The notes below the pieces were generated by a model. It saw only the letters and a program-made list of their open reading frames with translations. It did no database searches and was not told the origin of the DNA. Of a stretch of 64,000 nucleotides of DNA, positions 10,778 through 20,762 are shown piece after piece (position 1 is the stretch's first letter; each line of letters opens with the position of its first letter). The DNA is from an uncultured Methylomirabilota bacterium (GTDB taxonomy: Bacteria; Methylomirabilota; Methylomirabilia; Methylomirabilales; 2-02-FULL-66-22), in contig OY970067.1 of the NCBI GenBank assembly GCA_963705305.1, positions 4,224,001 to 4,288,000 on the forward strand. Reading direction: 5' to 3'. Position numbers and translations under genes: made by a program.

Positions 10778-12685
10778 CTAGTGAGCAGACAGTGCGGGGG
10801 CCGGCTCGGGCTTCGCCGCCGGCGCCGCGGTCACCTTGCGGACCGCTCGCGATTTGTCCGGGCAGGCCGTCAGGCAGCTCCCGCACTTGATGCACAGCTC
10901 CTGGGAAATCACGTGGGGGGTCTTGGGCGCTCCCGAGATCGCCCCGGTTGGACACGCCTTGACGCACAGGTGGCAGCCCGTGCACTTGTCCGGGTCGATC
11001 CGGTACTCGATCAGCTCCCGGCACACCCCGCTCGGGCAGCGGCGCTCGCGGATATGCGTCTCGAACTCGGGCCGGAAGTGGGTCAGGGCGCTCAGGACCG
11101 GATTGGCCGCGCTGGTTCCTAGGGCGCACAGGGAGGCGTCACGAAGCAACCCGCACAGCTCCTCCAGAAGCTGGAGGTCGCCCTCGCGGCCCCTGCCCGC
11201 GGCGATGTTATTCAGGATGCGGAGCATTTGCCGCAAGCCCTCCCGGCACGGCACGCACTGGCCGCAGGATTCATGGGCCAGGAAGTCCACATAGAATCGG
11301 ACGGCGTCCACCATGCAGGTGTCCTCATCCATGACGATCATGCCGCCCGATCCCATCATGGAGCCGGCCTTGGTCAGCTCGTCGAAGTCCACCGGGAGGT
11401 CCAGCAGACTCTCCGGCAGGAAGCCGCCGGACGGGCCGCCCGTCTGCACGGCCTTGAACCGTTTGTCGCCGGGGATGCCGCCGCCGATCTTGTAGACGAT
11501 CTCCCGCAGGGTGATTCCCATCGGCACCTCGACCAGGCCGGTATTCCGCACCTTGCCGACGAGCGAGAACACCTTGGTGCCGCTGCTCCCCGGGGTGCCC
11601 AGGCTGCGGAACCAGTCCGCCCCCTTGGTGATGATCAGGGGAACGTTGGCCCAGGTCTCCACGTTGTTCAGATTGCTTGGGCACCCCCACAAGCCGCTGA
11701 TCGAGGTGTGCACGTACTTGGGTCGGGGCCTGCCCACGCTGCCCTCGATGGCATTCATCAGCGCGCTGGACTCGCCCGAGACAAACGCGCCGGCGCCCCG
11801 ATGCACGGCCACGTCGAAGTCGAAGCCGGAGCCGAGGATCTCCTTTCCCAACAGGCCGTACTGGCGGGCTTGCGCCAGGGCCTGGAGCGTGTTCTCCACC
11901 GCCAGCGGGTACTCCTGTCGCACGTAGATGTACCCCTGGTGCGCACCGATGGCGTACGCGCCGATGGCAAGGCCCTCCAGGATGCTGTGCGGGTTTCCCT
12001 CCAAGAGGCTGCGGTCCATGTAGGCGCCGGGGTCGCCCTCGTCGGCATTGACGATCACATACTTGGTCTCGCCGGGGGCATTGCGCGTGCTCTCCCATTT
12101 CACGCCCGCCGGGAAGCCGCCGCCGCCCCGGCCGCGCAGGTTGGACTTCTTGATGCGATCGATCACCTCCGCCGGCTTCATCGTGAAGAGCACCCGGGCC
12201 AGGGCGCCGTAGCCGCCGATGGCGATGTAATCCTCGATCTTCTTCGGATCGATCAGCGTGTTGCTGTGCAGCAGGAGGCGCATCTGGTGCGAGTAGAACG
12301 GGATGTCATCCATCGAGGGGAGCCAGCGCCCCGCCTCATCCTGGAAGACGAGCCGCTCCACAACCCGATGCTTGCCGAGCGTCTCGCGGACGATTTCGGG
12401 AACATCCTCCGGCTTGACCCCGAGATAACAGATGTTCTCCGGCTGGATGACCACGACCGGCCCCCGCTCGCAGAAGCCGTAGCAGCCCGTCCGCCGCAGC
12501 TCGATCTCGCCCTCCAGGCCAAGTCGGGCGATCTCCTCCGCAAAGGCCTCGGCGCAAGGCCCGGACTTCGCCGCCACGCAGCCGGTGCCCGAGCAGACGC
12601 TCACGCACCGCCGCCTCCGCTCGCGTTCGGCGGCTTTCTGTCGCTGCAATCCCAGCAGATCCTCGGGTGAACTCAGTCTCGGCAT
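10778..12685 (-). CDS. HydB/NuoF-like NADH-binding flavoprotein (module 2)
   Basis: N-terminal thioredoxin-like 2Fe-2S (CSGTGC, GCYGFC), LRGRGGGGFP, NADEGDPG, GGPSGG, ESCGQCVPCREG, C-terminal 2x4Fe-4S. Confidence 0.92.
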   Translation of the reverse strand: MPRLSSPEDLLGLQRQKAAERERRRRCVSVCSGTGCVAAKSGPCAEAFAEEIARLGLEGEIELRRTGCYGFCERGPVVVIQPENICYLGVKPEDVPEIVRETLGKHRVVERLVFQDEAGRWLPSMDDIPFYSHQMRLLLHSNTLIDPKKIEDYIAIGGYGALARVLFTMKPAEVIDRIKKSNLRGRGGGGFPAGVKWESTRNAPGETKYVIVNADEGDPGAYMDRSLLEGNPHSILEGLAIGAYAIGAHQGYIYVRQEYPLAVENTLQALAQARQYGLLGKEILGSGFDFDVAVHRGAGAFVSGESSALMNAIEGSVGRPRPKYVHTSISGLWGCPSNLNNVETWANVPLIITKGADWFRSLGTPGSSGTKVFSLVGKVRNTGLVEVPMGITLREIVYKIGGGIPGDKRFKAVQTGGPSGGFLPESLLDLPVDFDELTKAGSMMGSGGMIVMDEDTCMVDAVRFYVDFLAHESCGQCVPCREGLRQMLRILNNIAAGRGREGDLQLLEELCGLLRDASLCALGTSAANPVLSALTHFRPEFETHIRERRCPSGVCRELIEYRIDPDKCTGCHLCVKACPTGAISGAPKTPHVISQELCIKCGSCLTACPDKSRAVRKVTAAPAAKPEPAPALSAH

Positions 12686-12729
12686 GGCGTCACCTCAGTT
12701 CCTTCTCCATAATTCAAGGGCACGGAGCC

Positions 12730-13902
12730 TTATTGCGCCTCTTCCGGGTCCCGGCCCGGCCCGGGCCCGCCGCAGTCCTCGGCCGTCGGGGTCCATGCTG
12801 CCACCAGTTCCCGGGATGCCGGCCCCTTCTCCTTGTAGCCACCGAAGATGGCCTTCAGCTGCTTCAGGGACGGGTTGCTGTGGTACTCCCCGTCGATCTT
12901 CATGACGGGGGCGAGGGCGCAGCACCCGAGACAGTGCACCTCCTTCAGCGTGAAACACAGGTCGGGGTCCGTCTCCCCGGGCTTGAGGCCGAGCAGCGCC
13001 GAGACGGTCGCGCCCAGCTCCCGGGAGCGGCGGACATGGCACGCGGTCCCCATGCAGACCTGGACGGTGTGTCTCCCCTGCGGGGTGAGGCTGAACGCCT
13101 CGTAGAAGTCGGCGATCTCGTAGATCTTGCGCACGGGCACGTTCAGCCGGCGGCTGATCCAGACCAGGGCATGCCGGGGCAGCCAGTGCTTCTCCTCCTG
13201 GATGTCCAGCAGGATCTGGATCAGGGCGTGCTTCTTGAATGCGTGGCGCTCGATGACGCGGTCCACCATGTGGAGGTCATCCAGCAGACCGGCCACCGCC
13301 TTTTCCTTCTCCCGGATCTGCCCCAGATTTCGCACATGGTAGTCCGCCTCCGCCTCCAGGGCGCGCAGCTCCGCGTCGAGGCTTTTGTCCGCCATCCCGA
13401 GCGCGTAGAACTCGCGCTGCACTTCCAGCCCCTTCAGCAGCACGTCGGGCTCGGTCACCGCCGCCGGCGCGGGGACGGCGGGCGGCTCGGGGGCAGGCGC
13501 GGGCGGCTCGTACTTGCGCATCCCCCGGTGCACCGCCTCCAGCAGCTGATCCGGGTCGAAGGGCTTCCGGAGAAAGTCCGAAGCGCCCAGCTTCATGGAG
13601 GCCACGGCGGATTCCACCGATCCGTAGCCCGTGATGACAATCGGAACGATCCGGGCATCGATCTTCGCCAGGGCCTCGAGGACCTGGATCCCGCTCATGC
13701 CGGGCATGCGCAGGTCCAGCAGGACCACCCGAGGCCTCGCCTGTCGCGCCATCTGCAGCCCCGTGTTGCCGTCGGTCGCGACGGCCGCGCGAAAGCCTTC
13801 TCCTTCCAGGGCCTGCCGGCAGCCCTCGCGGATGGACTCCTCGTCGTCGATGACGAGAACGTCCACGCCGGGACTCCTCGTGTCGGTTCGGGTCGTGTTC
13901 AT
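12730..13902 (-). CDS. Response-regulator receiver domain fused to a HydC/NuoE-like 2Fe-2S subunit
   Basis: N-terminal VIDDE...LLDLRMPG...ITGY...KPF receiver; C-terminal LIQILLDIQ...VCMGTACH...CLGCCALAP NuoE domain; one continuous ORF. Confidence 0.9.
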   Translation of the reverse strand: MNTTRTDTRSPGVDVLVIDDEESIREGCRQALEGEGFRAAVATDGNTGLQMARQARPRVVLLDLRMPGMSGIQVLEALAKIDARIVPIVITGYGSVESAVASMKLGASDFLRKPFDPDQLLEAVHRGMRKYEPPAPAPEPPAVPAPAAVTEPDVLLKGLEVQREFYALGMADKSLDAELRALEAEADYHVRNLGQIREKEKAVAGLLDDLHMVDRVIERHAFKKHALIQILLDIQEEKHWLPRHALVWISRRLNVPVRKIYEIADFYEAFSLTPQGRHTVQVCMGTACHVRRSRELGATVSALLGLKPGETDPDLCFTLKEVHCLGCCALAPVMKIDGEYHSNPSLKQLKAIFGGYKEKGPASRELVAAWTPTAEDCGGPGPGRDPEEAQ

Positions 13903-13959
13903 GGCGTGCCTCTCCTTGCGCGAAGGTCCGTTTCAATGCTGTGGACAAGCATCCGTGGG

Positions 13960-13975
13960 AGCAATACCGATGCCA
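13960..13975 (-). promoter_or_regulatory. Sigma54 (-24/-12) promoter for the REC-NuoE/NuoF/Fe-S operon
   Basis: Minus strand TGGCATCGGTATTGCT: GG-N10-GC, about 60 nt upstream of the start codon. Confidence 0.8.
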
Positions 13976-14096
13976 TCCGGGGAGGCGGCGGTGATCCGGG
14001 CCCCTGGAACGGGGGAACCGCTGTTCGCGCCGGAGGTTAGAGGGAGCGCAGCGATGAAACGGCCGTCCCGCCGGGCCCCTGCCCTCCCGGAGAGCG

Positions 14097-14142
14097 GGTA
14101 CGTTTCCGGCCGGCGACACCGATGGAGGGGAGGAAAAGTACC
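14097..14142. promoter_or_regulatory. Putative enhancer (UAS) for the adjacent NtrC-like activator
   Basis: Inverted pair GGTACGTTTCC ... GGAAAAGTACC, about 120-170 bp upstream of the sigma54 promoter. Confidence 0.45.
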
Positions 14143-14148
14143 AGGGGA

Positions 14149-15520
14149 TCAGTCGGGCGAGAGGGCGTACCGCTTCACCTTCTCGCGGAGGGTCTTGCGG
14201 TTGATGCCGAGGTAGTCGGCGGCCTTGGCCATCTGCCAGTGGAAACGCTCCAGGGACTGCGCGATCTCGCGGCGCTCGACCTCGGCGAGGTGGCCCTGGC
14301 CGCAGGCTTCATTCGCCTGGCCCGGGGGGGCGGCCTCGGGCATCGGGCTGTAGAAGAAGAGGTCGCCCGGCGGGATGGTGGCGGCCTCGGTCATGACCAG
14401 GGCGCGCTCGACCGTGTTCTCCAGCTCCCGGACGTTGCCCGGCCAGTCGTAGGCCTCCAGGGCAGACAGGGCGCCCTCCGTGAACCCGCTGACGCGGGGA
14501 TTGCGCCGCGCGGCGTACCGCCGGAGGAAGTGCAGCGCCAGCACGCGGATATCGGCCCGGCGCTCCCGGAGCGGGGGCAGGCGGATGGGGACGACGCTCA
14601 GCCGGTAGAACAGGTCCTCCCGGAAGCGTCCGGCCCGGACCTCCTCCAGCAGATCCTTGTTGGTGGCGGCGATGATCCGGAGGTCCACCTTGATCCGCTG
14701 CGTGCCGCCCACCTTCACGACCTCCCGCTCCTGGAGGACGCGCAGCAGCTTCGCCTGCACATCGGGCCCGATGTTCCCGATCTCGTCGAGAAAGATGGTG
14801 CCCCCGCTGGCCAGCTCGAATTTGCCCGTGGTGGTCTCGGTGGCGCCGGTGTAGGCCCCCCGGACGTGGCCGAACAGCTCGCTCTCCAGCAGGGATTCGG
14901 CCAGGGCGGCGCAGTCCACCACCACGAAGGGCTTGTCGCGCCGGTAGCTCTGGGCGTGAACGGCCCGCGCCGCCAGCTCCTTGCCCACCCCGGTCTCGCC
15001 CGTCAGGAGGACCGTGGCATCCGTGGGGGCGACCTTCTGGATCAGCTTGATCACCTCGGAGATAGCGGGGGAATCGCCGATGATGGTCTCCGGTCCCGAG
15101 CGCTCCTTGAGGGTCAGGCGCAGGGCCAGGTTTTCCATGGCCAGCTGTCTGCGGTCCAGCGCGCGCCCGACGACCGTGGTCAGGACCTCGGGCGTGAACG
15201 GTTTGGGGACATAGTCGTACGCTCCCTGCCGGATGGCCTCGACCGCCGACTCGACCGTCGCGTAGCCCGTGATGACCACCACGACCGTATTGGGGCTGTC
15301 CTCCCGCAGGCGGGCCAGCACTTCCATCCCGCCCATCCCGGGCATCTTGAGGTCGAGCAGCACGACGTTCGAACGACTCCTCGTGCACGGCCCGCAGGCC
15401 CGCCCGGCCGTCGGCTGCGGTCTGTACGCGATAGCCCTCGGCCTCCAGCGCCTGGCGGCACCCCTCCCGTATGGATCCCTCGTCGTCCAGGACGAGGATG
15501 TTCGCCGCTGTCCGGCTCAT
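14149..15520 (-). CDS. NtrC-family sigma54-dependent response regulator (REC-AAA+-HTH), one +1 frameshift at about 15368
   Basis: MSRTAANILVLDDE... joins VVLLDLKMPG after removing one base; [33 protein letters not shown], Fis-type HTH. Confidence 0.9.
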
Positions 15521-17442
15521 GACGGCCGCTCCGCGACAGGGAGACGGATGAAGAAGGTGGTGCCGCGGCCGACCTGGCTGGTGACCCAGATCGTGCCGCC
15601 ATGATTTTCGACGATCCCCCGGCTGATGGACAGGCCGAGCCCGGTGCCCCGGCCGACCTCTTTGGTGGTGAAGAACGGTTCGAACAGACGGTCCAGGTTT
15701 TCCGCCGGGATGCCGCAGCCGGTGTCCCCCACGCTGATCTGGAGCGCCTCCCCCTGCTCGGTCGGCTGGGTGGCGAGGCTTAGCTTTCCCTTGCCCTCCA
15801 TGGCCTCGACCGCGTTAAGGATCAGGTTGATGAACACCTGCTGGAGCTGCGACGCATCCACGCGCACGGGGGGCGCCTCCGGCGCATACCGGCGGATGAC
15901 CTGCACGTCGTGGAACATGGCCTGATGCTCGACGAGCTGAAGGGTCTTGTCCATGAGTTCGGCGACATCGAGCAGCTCCGGCTTGAGCTCGCGCTGGCGG
16001 GAGAAATCCAGCAGCCCCTGGACGATCCGCTGGCAGCGCGCGGCCTCTCCCGCGATCCGCTCCAGGTTCTCGCGCTGCGGGGCGTCGGCTGCGGTCTTGC
16101 GGAGCAGGAGATTGCTGAAGAGCATGATGCCGCCCAGCGGATTGTTGAGCTCGTGGGCCACGCCCGCCGCCAGCCGTCCCACCAGGGCCAGCCGCTCCGC
16201 CTTGCCGACCCGCTCCTGGGTTCGGTACTTCAGCTGGAGGTCCCGCTCCTGAATGGCGGCCGCCATCCGGTTGAACCCCTCCCCCAGCTCCCCGAACTCC
16301 CGGATGGTGCCGTCCGGGTCGACCCGCCGGCCCAGGTTCCCGGCCCCCAGACCGCGGACCCCGTCGACCAGTCCGCGGATCGGATGCATGATCTTCCGCG
16401 CCATGAAGCCGGTGATGGCCAGCGAGAGCAGGACGCCGCCCAAGGTGATGCCGAAGAACAACGCAAAGGCGTCTGCGCGGACGGCCGTGAACTTGCTCTC
16501 GGGAATCCCGACGGCCAGGATGCCGACGACCGCGCCGGTGACATCCCGGATAGGCTCGTAGGCGGTGATGTGCCGCTCGCCGACGACCGTGGCCGGGGCC
16601 ACAAACGGCTTCCCCTCCGCCAGCACGCGCTGCCGGACAGCCTGGTCCAGGCGTGTGCCGAGGGCCGGCCGGCCGTCCCCCAGCTTGGCGTTGGTGGCAA
16701 TCCGGATGTCCCCCAGGCAGATCGTCCCCTCGCCCACCTCCTGCTCCCGGTACGTCTCCCCCTGGTAGGCCGTGCGCTTGATCTCGTCCACGATCCCGGT
16801 GTCGCGGTTGAGGAGTCTGGCCCCGTAGAGGATGCCCAGGCGCCGGCCGTCATCCGCCACGATCGCTGCGGCGGCGCTGAGCAGCATCCCCGACTCCAGG
16901 TCGGGGGCGACCTTCGGGGGGGTCCCGCTCACCGGCAGGATCGGAATGCGGGCCTGCCGGGCCAGCTCCGGGTCCTCGCGCTCCAGCGCCCTATGCCCCG
17001 CGATCGTGGTCGCCGCCATGACCTCCCGTCCGGCGATGACTGCCCGGATGACCGGATCCTCTGCCAGGTCGTCTCCCTCCGCCTTGGGACTCTGAACGCG
17101 CAGGAGGACACGGCCCTGCGGATCGGTCACATCCAGGATGTCCAGCGATTCCCGCGCTCGCACGGCGGCCAGCTCGCGCGACACGGGGGTGAGGCGTCCC
17201 CGCTCGAGCGCTTCATGGATCACCGGGTTGGCCGCGTTCAGGCGGACCGAGTTTCGCACCTCGCCCAGCGCGCCACGGTACACGAGGCGGGCCGCGCTCA
17301 GGTCGTGGCGGGCGCTGTCCTGGGCCTGGTTGGTCACGACCCTGACGATCATCCAGGCCCCCACGAAGCTCGACACCAGCCCGATGGTGAGGATGGCCGC
17401 CAGGAACCCCATCACCAGCCGGGCGTGCAGGCCCAGCCTCAT
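15517..17442 (-). CDS. Membrane sensor histidine kinase (periplasmic Cache-like domains, HAMP, HisKA, HATPase)
   Basis: Two TM segments, AHELNNPL H-box, QVFINLILNA, DTGCGI, FFTTK, GTGLGL; start refined to ATG 17442. Confidence 0.92.
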   Translation of the reverse strand: MRLGLHARLVMGFLAAILTIGLVSSFVGAWMIVRVVTNQAQDSARHDLSAARLVYRGALGEVRNSVRLNAANPVIHEALERGRLTPVSRELAAVRARESLDILDVTDPQGRVLLRVQSPKAEGDDLAEDPVIRAVIAGREVMAATTIAGHRALEREDPELARQARIPILPVSGTPPKVAPDLESGMLLSAAAAIVADDGRRLGILYGARLLNRDTGIVDEIKRTAYQGETYREQEVGEGTICLGDIRIATNAKLGDGRPALGTRLDQAVRQRVLAEGKPFVAPATVVGERHITAYEPIRDVTGAVVGILAVGIPESKFTAVRADAFALFFGITLGGVLLSLAITGFMARKIMHPIRGLVDGVRGLGAGNLGRRVDPDGTIREFGELGEGFNRMAAAIQERDLQLKYRTQERVGKAERLALVGRLAAGVAHELNNPLGGIMLFSNLLLRKTAADAPQRENLERIAGEAARCQRIVQGLLDFSRQRELKPELLDVAELMDKTLQLVEHQAMFHDVQVIRRYAPEAPPVRVDASQLQQVFINLILNAVEAMEGKGKLSLATQPTEQGEALQISVGDTGCGIPAENLDRLFEPFFTTKEVGRGTGLGLSISRGIVENHGGTIWVTSQVGRGTTFFIRLPVAERPS

Positions 17443-17906
17443 CCTGCCGCGACCTCCTCTCGGGCCGCCGCTCGATCGCCGGCCCCTTCCCGGGCGGACG
17501 CCTCCGGCAGGAACTCCAGGGCGCGCGTCGGACAGAACGGGACGCAGCGCGGCTCGCCGCCGCACAGATCGCACTTGGCCGGCCGCTGCGCGAACCCATC
17601 CCACGCCAGGTTGCCGAACGGGCAGGCCGCCACGCAGACGGCGCAGCGGATGCAGCGCTCCTCGAGCACGCGGATGGCGCCGGTCTGCTGATCCCGGACG
17701 AGGGCGTTCGTGGGGCACAGGGCCGCGCAGGCGGCCTCGTGGCACTGCAGACAGGTCAGCGGGATGCCTTGCTCCACGCCCCGGCGCACCACGTGAATGC
17801 GCGGGATTCCCGGCAGGCCCGCCTGCCCATGGCTGAACGCGCAGGCGAGCTCGCACTTGCCGCAGGCAATGCACCGCTCGACGGTCACGCGGAAGATCCC
17901 ACCCAT
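17439..17906 (-). CDS. 4Fe-4S polyferredoxin (CooF/DmsB/AorA-like)
   Basis: CIACGKCELAC, CLQCHEAACAALCP, CIRCAVCVAACP, KCDLC...CVPFCP. Confidence 0.9.
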   Translation of the reverse strand: MGGIFRVTVERCIACGKCELACAFSHGQAGLPGIPRIHVVRRGVEQGIPLTCLQCHEAACAALCPTNALVRDQQTGAIRVLEERCIRCAVCVAACPFGNLAWDGFAQRPAKCDLCGGEPRCVPFCPTRALEFLPEASAREGAGDRAAAREEVAAG

Positions 17907-17918
17907 ACGCTCTTCTCC

Positions 17919-18072
17919 TAGGCTCCTCAAATCTCCATTTCGCCCAGGCTGCTCAAAAGGGCCCAGATGCAAGGCGGTCCGCGATGGGCCGAGTGAGGCG
18001 TACTTCCGGTACGCCGCAGCGAGTGCCCGAGCGGGCCAACGCAGCAGATGGGACTTTTTCAGCAGCCTGTTA
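17919..18072 (-). mobile_element. MITE-like non-autonomous element, copy 1
   Basis: Reverse complement aligns with 31048-31264 (AACAGGCTGCTGAAAAAG.CCCATCTGCTGCGTTGGC...GCTGCGGCGTACC...GCCTTG/CATCTGG...TTTTGAGCAGCC). Confidence 0.8.
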
Positions 18073-18870
18073 TCCGCTCGCGCCCAGCCGCGCGATGGTC
18101 GCCGCCGTGGCGGCCCGCTTGCAGGCGTCGCAGGTCTCGAATTCCCGGCGCGGCACTTGCGAGCGGCCGGCCCAGTAGTCGGCCTGAGCAATCGTGATGT
18201 GGGCCCGACCGCACACCGGGCAGCGCAGCATTGCGAAGCTTTTCCCCCAGATGCGCCGCTCGGCGTCGGATTGCTCGAAGGGGATGTGGCCGGTCGGACA
18301 GATCTCCGCACAGGCCAGACAGCCGATGCAGTCCGGCGGCGGCTGCCCGAACGGCGGGGCCACCGCCTTGGCGACGCCACGCTCCACCAGCGAGATCGCC
18401 GAGACACCCAACCGGTCGCAGACGCGCGTGCACAGGCCGCACAGGATGCAATCGGTGGGCTCGCTGCTTACCCGGTGGCTGGTTTCCGCGATGCCGTATG
18501 ACCGGGCCAGCCGCTGGATCAACGGCGCATCCGGGCAGCGGGCCAGCAGCAGGTCCAGGATCTCGCGGCGGGCGGCCCGCACCCGCTCCGAATCCGTGAG
18601 GACGATCAGTCCCTCCTCGGCCGGGTACATGCACGAGACGACCATGCGGTACTGGCCATCCCAACCCTCCCGTGTGATGTCCACCAGGCACAGCCGGCAG
18701 GCGCCCCAGGGCTCGACCGCCTCGTGGTGACACAGGGCCGGGATGTCGATGCCCGCCGCGCGCGCGGCCTGCAGCAGGCTGGCCCCGGCCGCCGCCCGAA
18801 CAGGCCTTCCGTTCACGGTCAGGGCGACTCGGCCGGCCCCGGGCGCGGCGGTCCTGCGGAGGAGATCCAT
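18070..18870 (-). CDS. NuoG/HydA N-terminal-like Fe-S protein (module 1)
   Basis: IPALCH...GACRLC...VSC, LLARCP, CILCGLCTRVC, CIGCLACAEICP, extra CPVC...CDAC. Confidence 0.88.
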   Translation of the reverse strand: MDLLRRTAAPGAGRVALTVNGRPVRAAAGASLLQAARAAGIDIPALCHHEAVEPWGACRLCLVDITREGWDGQYRMVVSCMYPAEEGLIVLTDSERVRAARREILDLLLARCPDAPLIQRLARSYGIAETSHRVSSEPTDCILCGLCTRVCDRLGVSAISLVERGVAKAVAPPFGQPPPDCIGCLACAEICPTGHIPFEQSDAERRIWGKSFAMLRCPVCGRAHITIAQADYWAGRSQVPRREFETCDACKRAATAATIARLGASG

Positions 18871-20762
18871 CACGCGGCCCTCCTCTCGTCCCGGATCCCT
18901 CCCCGTGGCAGGAACCGGACCGCGCCGGTTGGACACGCGTCATAGCAGGCGCCGCAGCCGACGCAGGCCTCGGGGTCTATCCGATGGGGGCCCTTCGGCT
19001 CGCCCGCGATCGCCTCGACCGGGCAGGCCTTGACGCAGGCGTGGCAGCCGTTGCACACGTCCGCGGCGATCTCGTACACGGTGAGATCCCGGCAGATTCC
19101 GGCCGGACACGCGCGGCGCTCGAGGTGGGCCGTGTACTCGTCCCGGAAGTATAGGAGGGTCGACAGGACCGGGTTGACCGCCGACTTGCCCAGCTCGCAC
19201 AGGCTGGCCAGCTGCATGGCCCGCGCCAGCCGCTCGACGCGCTCCAGGTCGCCCGCCCGGCCCCGCCCGGCCACCAAATCGTCGAAGATCGCCAGCATCT
19301 GCTGCAGCCCTTCGCGGCACGGCACGCACTTGCCGCACGACTCCTCGGCCAGGAAGCGCAGGAAGTAGCGCGCCACGTCCACCATGCAGGTCCGGTCGTC
19401 CATCACGATCATCCCGCCCGACCCCATCATCGAGCCGGCCTCCGCCAGCCGCTCGTAGTCGACCGGAAGATCCAGCAGCGATGCCGGCACGCAGCCCCCC
19501 GACGGGCCGCCGGTCTGCATCGCCTTGAACGGACGGTCATGCAGCACCCCGCCGCCGATGCCGAAGATGATCTCCCGGAGGCTCGTCCCCATCGGCAGCT
19601 CGATGAGGCCGGTGTTTTTGACCTTGCCGACCAGCGAGAAGGCCTTCGTCCCCCGGGACCGCTCCGTGCCCACGGCCGCGAAGGGTTGGGGCCCATGGGC
19701 GAGAATGGCCCCCACATCCGCCCAGGTCTCGACGTTGTTCAGGACGGTGGGCAGGTCGAACAGGCCGCGCGCCGCGGCATGCACGTACTTCACGCGCGGC
19801 TCCCCCACCCGGCCCTCCAGCGAGCGCATGAGCGCCGAGGACTCGCCGCAGACGAACGCCCCGCCCCCCCGCGAGATCGTGATATCGAAGGAGAGGTCGC
19901 TGCCCAGAATGCGCTCGCCCAGCAGGCCGGCCGCCCGCGCGTCCGCAATGGCCGCGCCGAGGGTGCGGACGGCCAGGGGGTACTCGTCCCGCACGTAGAT
20001 GATTCCCTCGCGCGCCCCGACCGCGAAGGCGCCGATCAGCATGCCCTCGAGGACCGCATGGGGATCCCCCTCCATGATCGAGCGGTCCTTGAAGGCCCCG
20101 GGATCCCCCTCGTCGCCGTTGCACAGGACGAACTTGCGATCGCCTGCGCTCGCCCGGCAGGCGCGCCATTTGCGGGCGGTAGGGAAGCCGGCCCCGCCCC
20201 TGCCGCGCAGGCCGGCCTGCTCCACCTCCGCGATCACCTGCTCGGGGCTCATCTCGCACACCGCCCTGACCATTCCCGCATAGGCGCCCTGGCTCACCGC
20301 GTCGGCGAGATCGCCCGGATCGATCCGGCCGATGTTGCGGAGGGCGATGCGGGTTTGCCTGGCGTAGAATGGGATGTCATGCGCCCGCTCGACGCGGCTC
20401 CCATCGGCCGGGTCCCGGTACAACAGGCGCGGGATCACCTTTCCCCCCGCCAGGGTCGTCTCGCAGATCTCGGTCACATCCTCCCGCGTCACCCGGAGGT
20501 AGAGTATCCCCTCGGGCTCGATCACGACCAGCGGGCCGCGCTCGCAAAAGCCGTGGCAGCCGGTCCGCTTGGTGAACGTGCGGACCGCCGCATCCGTTCC
20601 GCGTGCGGCCAGCTCGGCCTCGAAGGCCTCGGCGACCTCGGCCGATCCGTTGGCCAGGCAGCCGGTGCCGCAGCAGATCCGCACCTCGCGCCGGCGCGCA
20701 GCCCGGCGCTCCCGGGCCTGTGCCGCGAACGACCTGAACTGGGCGGCCGACTCGATCCTCAT
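18870..20762 (-). CDS. HydB/NuoF-like NADH-binding flavoprotein (module 1)
   Basis: ICCGTGC, GCHGFC, LRGRGGAGFP, NGDEGDPGAFKDR, GGPSGG, ESCGKCVPCREG, C-terminal 2x4Fe-4S; start refined to ATG 20762. Confidence 0.92.
   Translation of the reverse strand: MRIESAAQFRSFAAQARERRAARRREVRICCGTGCLANGSAEVAEAFEAELAARGTDAAVRTFTKRTGCHGFCERGPLVVIEPEGILYLRVTREDVTEICETTLAGGKVIPRLLYRDPADGSRVERAHDIPFYARQTRIALRNIGRIDPGDLADAVSQGAYAGMVRAVCEMSPEQVIAEVEQAGLRGRGGAGFPTARKWRACRASAGDRKFVLCNGDEGDPGAFKDRSIMEGDPHAVLEGMLIGAFAVGAREGIIYVRDEYPLAVRTLGAAIADARAAGLLGERILGSDLSFDITISRGGGAFVCGESSALMRSLEGRVGEPRVKYVHAAARGLFDLPTVLNNVETWADVGAILAHGPQPFAAVGTERSRGTKAFSLVGKVKNTGLIELPMGTSLREIIFGIGGGVLHDRPFKAMQTGGPSGGCVPASLLDLPVDYERLAEAGSMMGSGGMIVMDDRTCMVDVARYFLRFLAEESCGKCVPCREGLQQMLAIFDDLVAGRGRAGDLERVERLARAMQLASLCELGKSAVNPVLSTLLYFRDEYTAHLERRACPAGICRDLTVYEIAADVCNGCHACVKACPVEAIAGEPKGPHRIDPEACVGCGACYDACPTGAVRFLPRGGIRDERRAA

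Noticed and set aside
17439..18407. Apparent long N-terminal fusion on the polyferredoxin (and on the kinase ORF to 17874)
   Set aside because: The extension reads through the MITE or neighbouring genes; better starts at 17906 and 17442
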